DNA of 27,810 bases from Tubiluchus corallicola (Eukaryota > Animalia > Priapulida), in contig JAQGDQ010001728.1 in the NCBI GenBank assembly GCA_030141605.1, forward strand, positions 1-27,810. Direction: 5' to 3'. Made by a program: the position numbers and the translations under genes. This document shows positions 22,500 to 27,810 of the stretch, one piece after another (the first letter of the stretch is position 1; each line of letters begins with the position of its first letter). The notes beneath the pieces were generated by a model. It worked only from the letters and a program-made list of their open reading frames with translations, did no database searches and was not told the origin of the DNA.

Positions 22500-23867
22500 C
22501 TGCAAGCATTTAAATTATGTAAGTTGCAAACGAATTCAAGTAAACAAGTAGAAATAGTCCCATTTGAGATTTTTTTGTAATTCTCTCCTTTTCTATTTCT
22601 TGTTGAAGACAAACGAGATATTTTTATTAAACATTACGAATAAGACATAAGAGTTAATTTTGTAGCCATGGTGGCTCCATCTAGCTAGAAAGTTTAAAGT
22701 GTGGGCATTGACCTAGTAACGTTTTTCATTATGCTGTTCTGTTGTATGAGTGAACATGTGTCTTGTACAAGCTAGTGAAATTTTTCATTAGATATTTGCC
22801 GCAAAGATGTAAGTTTACTTCTATTAATTTTTATTTTTATTAATTCACTGATATTTGTGAAAGGACTAAACTATGTAACAATCTGACTAAATTAGCCAAT
22901 GTCAGTCACCTTTGCCTTTGTATTTTAATTTTTAAGTATTGCAGAAATAAAGATCAGTGGTTTACATGAAAATTCAACTGAGACTTTTGAAGTTGTCGTA
23001 AAAGCCTCAGAGACACTAGCAAGAGTGTTTTACATTATGTGACCTAATAGTAACATTCCACACTTTAAAGTGCTTATAAGGAACAGCTGCTGCAGTAAAG
23101 AAAATATATTCTTGTATGTAAAAATAACTTACTAATTAGTAGTTGTGTTATTAACTTGTATAAACTCTCATTTGAGTTAATGATTTTAAAAAGTGGCAAA
23201 AGATATCATGTGATAATTTATAATAGTAAATTTTTAGGCTAAGGCATTTGCGATGTATATTTATTTAGTACTTTTAATCTGTATTATTTATCAATAATTT
23301 TTATATACCTGTAGATATCTGTAATATGGTAGGCCTACTACTTGTATTGATTTAAAAACCTTATGAAGAATTTCTGAAGGTAATTGCTAAGACATCAGAA
23401 TACAGGTAGAATTCAAGTAGAATACAGGTGAGCTTTATTTATATAAATCATTAATAACACTATACATTGCTCTCTCTCAGTTTAAGTCACATGCTTACTC
23501 AGTGATCTCTGAAAGCCAACGGACCAGGTAAGTTTTTTCCATGAAGCAAGGAAGCCAGCAATACAATGAAGGTAAATGTTATGCATACTAGTTCAAGGAT
23601 GAGAGTTTAGACTGTATATAAAGAAATAGACTTATTTTAAAGCTGAAATTTCTTGTAATATGGTACTAGTTGTATTGATTTAAAAAAACTAATATATATG
23701 TAAACAAATAAAATAAATAAAACCGCACTGGTTGCATGAAATAATATTCTTTTTTTTCCATGTTACCTAACAGTAGTATCAAAATATAACTTAAAGCTAC
23801 TTTTAATTATTTCCAAATATTTTGATAAAAAAGGAAACCAATATCATTTAATTTCAAAATGACTTAC

Positions 23868-23952
23868 TGTGCAGTTTGGACATGGATCACTAGCCATCAC
23901 TTTATGATAGATCCAGCTTAGATCTGATCTGTTCAGCATTCGCAGTAATTTG
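23868..23952 (-). CDS. Internal exon of the same uncharacterised gene
   Basis: Strong acceptor cattttatttcAG and donor GTAAGT; the only open frame, KLLRMLNRSDLSWIYHKVMASDPCPNCT, ends in phase 0 matching the next exon. Confidence 0.6.
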
Positions 23953-24022
23953 CTGAAATAAAATGGTTATTATACCTCATGCACTCAATTCCTGCATTAT
24001 TTAGGAGAACACAAATACTTAT

Positions 24023-24094
24023 TTCACACTGAGAACTTCTAGAGTGTCAGAAAGTGGCATTATCGAATTGCTGAACGATTGAGACAATGTTTTT
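24023..24094 (-). CDS. Candidate internal exon with non-canonical (ATAAGT) donor
   Basis: tctttacAG acceptor (weak pyrimidine tract); 72 nt, phase 2/2, KTLSQSFSNSIMPLSDTLEVLSV; keeps frame with both neighbours only if cut at AA|ATAAGT. Confidence 0.35.
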
Positions 24095-24161
24095 CTGTAA
24101 AGATCATCCCTCATTATCTTAGAATGGGATACGACCGCAGGGTGACCTATGACCTCCGCAT

Positions 24162-24845
24162 GATGACATCTGACTTTGGGACGAGACTTGACCTTGGATA
24201 ACATCGGTCCTTAGGACGACGTGCGACCTGAGGATGACATCTGACTTTGGGACGAGACGCAACCTTGGATAACATCTGACCTTAGGACGACATGCGACCT
24301 GAGGATGACATCTGACTTTGGGACGAGACGTGACCTTGGATAACATCTGACCTTAGGATGACGTGGGACCTGAGGATGACATCTGACTTTGGGACGAGAC
24401 TTGACCTTGGATAACATCTGACCTTAGGACGACATGCGACCTGAGGATGACATCTGACTTTGGGACGAGACGTGACCTTGGATAACATCTGACCTTAGGA
24501 CGACGTGCGACCTGAGGATGACATCTGACTTTGGGACGAGACGTAACCTTGGATAACATCTGACCTTAGGACGACATGCGACCTGAGGATGACATCTGAC
24601 TTTGGGACGAGACGTAACCTTGGATAACATCTGTCCTTAGGACGACGTGCGACCTGAGGATGACATCTGACTTTGGGACGAGACGTGACCTTGGATAACA
24701 TCTAACCTTAGGACGACGTGCGACCTGAGGATGACATCTGAACTTTGGATAACATCTGACCTTAGGACGACATGTGACCTGAGGATGACATCTGACTTTG
24801 GGACGAGACGTGACCGTGGATAACATCAAACCTTAGGACAACATG
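24162..24845. repeat. 71-bp tandem array (~9.5 copies) built from four 17-18-bp subunits
   Basis: gatgacatctgactttgg / gacgagacgtgaccttg / gataacatctgaccttag / gacgacgtgcgacctgag. Confidence 0.96.
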
Positions 24846-25263
24846 TGTCCTTAGAAAGACATCGGATGCAACGACAACATTTCATTACAGTAGTCAACGT
24901 AAGACTTGAAGTTCATGGTATCTGCTGTTGTTGAAACACTAGCTCTAGATTTGAAATAAAGAGTAGCTGGTATCTAAAGAACAGTATTTCAGGCAGATTC
25001 TTTGTTTCTGCACACTCGAATCCGCACTTGAAAAAGTGTTTTTGATCACAAGAGTTTGAGTAGTCTAGTGGGTCCAAGGCAGAACGCAACGATTCCTGGA
25101 TCAACATCAGACTAGCATTCAGTTTTTCCACATTTTCTCCTTTCTCAGATGTGGATTACAAATTTTAGTCATTTCCGCCGTGATATTTTGGTAGTCCGTA
25201 AAATGTGTCGTGTCCTACTCAATCATAAAAGTAACATTTACTTTTTAATTTAAAATAACTTAC

Positions 25264-25488
25264 TTATCGTATTGTTCGTATAGATCAGGTTCTGTCTTGT
25301 ACGTATAAATTTCCTCTAGTATTGCTGATAGATCAACAGGAACTGTCAGATTCTGTTGAGCAGACGAACAATCAGGCTTGCTGCTTTCCTGAAGACTGCA
25401 CCACAACGCTTCCAACTTTTCTCGACTTTGATCGTCAACAGATTTCAAGGCAAATCTGGCTATCTGTTTCCAAGTGTCGATAGGTAGT
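25264..25488 (-). CDS. Internal exon of the same uncharacterised gene
   Basis: Acceptor tcacactttcAG, donor AA|GTAAGT; 225 nt open: LPIDTWKQIARFALKSVDDQSREKLEALWCSLQESS...LSAILEEIYTYKTEPDLYEQYD. Confidence 0.65.
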
Positions 25489-26077
25489 CTGAAAGTGTGA
25501 TAAATCAGTATCAACAATAATGCAGTTACATGGTTTAAATCTGTTGTTGAGACCTTACGATTTTACAAAGACATGTCTGAAAGTATGATAAATCAGTATC
25601 AACAATAATGCAGTTACATGGTTTAAATCTGTTGTTGAGATCTTATGATTTTACTAAGACGTGTCTGAAAGTATGATAAATCAGTATCAACAATAATGCA
25701 GTTACATGGTTTAAATCTGTTGTTGAGACTTTAAGATTTTACAAAGACATACACTCATAATGCAGTTACATGGTTTAAATCTGTTGTTGAGATCTTATGA
25801 TTTTACAAAGACATACACTCATAATGCAGTTACATGGTTTAAATCTGTTGTTGAGATCTTATGATTTTACAAAGACATACACTCATAATGCAGTTACATG
25901 GCTTAAATCTGTTGTTGAGACCTTATGATTTTACAAAGACATACAGTCATAATGCAGTTACATGGTTTAAATCTGTTGTTGAGACCTTATGATTTTACAA
26001 AGACATACACTCATAATGCAGTTACATGGTTTAAATCTGTTGTTGAGATCTTATGATTTTACAAAGACATACACTCA
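25487..26077 (+). repeat. Satellite: three 88-bp units followed by ~5 related 64-bp units
   Basis: gtctgaaag recurs at 25487, 25575, 25663; then cataatgcagttacatggtttaaatctgttgttgagatcttatgattttacaaagacatacact every 64 bp. Confidence 0.97.
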
Positions 26078-27810
26078 ACAACAGATTTAAACCATGTACC
26101 TACATTATACTTTAACCAATGTCTTTTTAATAAAGGTCTCAACAACAGATTTAAACCATGTAACTACGTGAGTGTCCATAGTCTTTAACAAGTCTCAACA
26201 ACAGATTTAAACCATGTAACTACATTATGAATAATATATCTTTAAATCATAAAGATCTCAACAACCGAATTTAAACCATGTAACTACATATATTTATTAT
26301 CAATAACAATAACAAAAATCGATCTCAACAACAGATTTAAATATGTAACTGCATTATATTTTTGTATGTCTTTGTAAATCATGGAATTTAAACCATGTAA
26401 TTGCATTATGACTGTATGTCTTTGTAAAATCATAAGGTCTCAACAACAGATTTAAACCATGTAACTGCATTATGACTGTATGTCTTTGTAAAATCATAAG
26501 GTCTCAACAACAGATTTAAACCATGTAACTGCATTATGACTGTATGTCTTTGTAAAATCATAAGGTCTCAACAACAGATTTAAACCATGTAACTGCATTA
26601 TGAGTGTATGTCTTTGTAAAATCATAAGGTCTCAACAACAGATTTAAACCATGTAACTGCATTATGAGTGTATGTCTTTGTAAAATCATAAGATCTCAAC
26701 AACAGATTTAAACCATGTAACTGCATTATGACTGTATGTCTTTGTAAAATCATAAGGTCTCAACAACAGATTTAAACCATGTAACTGCATTATGAGTGTA
26801 TGTCTTTGTAAAATCATAAGATCTCAACAACAGATTTAAACCATGTAACTGCATTATGACTGTATGTCTTTGTAAAATCATAAGGTCTCAACAACAGATT
26901 TAAACCATGTAACTGCATTATGACTGTATGTCTTTGTAAAATCATAAGGTCTCAACAACAGATTTAAACCATGTAACTGCATTATGACTGTATGTCTTTG
27001 TAAAATCATAAGGTCTCAACAACAGATTTAAACCATGTAACTGCATTATGAGTGTATGTCTTTGTAAAATCATAAGATCTCAACAACAGATTTAAACCAT
27101 GTAATTGCATTATGAGTGTATGTCTTTGTAAAATCATAAGGTCTCAACAACAGATTTAAACCATGTAACTGCATTATGACTGTATGTCTTTGTAAAATCA
27201 TAAGGTCTCAACAACAGATTTAAACCATGTAACTGCATTATGAGTGTATGTCTTTGTAAAATCATAAGATCTCAACAACAGATTTAAACCATGTAACTGC
27301 ATTATGAGTGTATGTCTTTGTAAAATCATAAGATCTCAACAACAGATTTAAACCATGTAACTGCATTATGAGTGTATGTCTTTGTAAAATCATAAGATCT
27401 CAACAACAGATTTAAACCATGTAACTGCATTATGACTGTATGTCTTTGTAAAATCATAAGGTCTCAACAACAGATTTAAACCATGTAACTGCATTATGAC
27501 TGTATGTCTTTGTAAAATCATAAGGTCTCAACAACAGATTTAACCATGTAATTGCATTATGAGTGTATGTCTTTGTAAAATCATAAGATCTCAACAACAG
27601 ATTTAAACCATGTAACTGCATTATGAGTGTATGTCTTTGTAAAATCATAAGATCTCAACAACAGATTTAAACCATGTAACTGCATTATGACTGTATGTCT
27701 TTGTAAAATCATAAGATCTCAACAACAGATTTAAACCATGTAACTGCATTATGAGTGTATGTCTTTGTAAAATCATAAGATCTCAACAACAGATTTAAAC
27801 CATGTAACTG
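26078..27810 (-). repeat. Same 64-bp satellite in inverted orientation (~5 degraded + ~22 clean copies), running off the window
   Basis: tctcaacaacagatttaaaccatgtaactgcattatgagtgtatgtctttgtaaaatcataaga is the reverse complement of the 64-bp unit. Confidence 0.97.

Noticed and set aside
26076-26395. CRISPR array
   Set aside because: The apparent spacers are corrupted versions of the other half of the 64-bp satellite; no cas genes; eukaryotic intron-containing context.

Overview
AT-rich eukaryotic genomic DNA, probably from an invertebrate animal; about one third of the window is tandem arrays. Most ORFs in the supplied track are artefacts of these arrays. The best-supported gene is only partly visible in the ORF track: an intact three-exon minus-strand gene (13009-10747, 153 aa) encoding a stand-alone 3CxxC zinc-finger protein of the RTP/ZAR1/ZCCHC24 type. 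Upstream on the same strand are a frameshifted secreted precursor with a cationic 12-Cys C-terminal domain (15923-15158) and a disrupted gene for a secreted protein with three LRR modules (18710-16444). A further partial minus-strand gene of unknown function has four predicted exons (25488-22242), and there is a probable plus-strand terminal exon of a claudin/PMP22-like protein (2078-2427). Mobile elements include CR1/L2 and RTE LINE 3' fragments (one young, with a 16-bp TSD), a piggyBac-type MITE, a pogo/Tigger end, a SINE-like insert and Helitron-like remnants. Several satellites appear to have arisen in place from local sequence: LINE coding DNA, a stop codon and a splice acceptor. One 64-bp satellite flips orientation at ~26076. 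All family assignments come from motif recognition by eye, not database searches.
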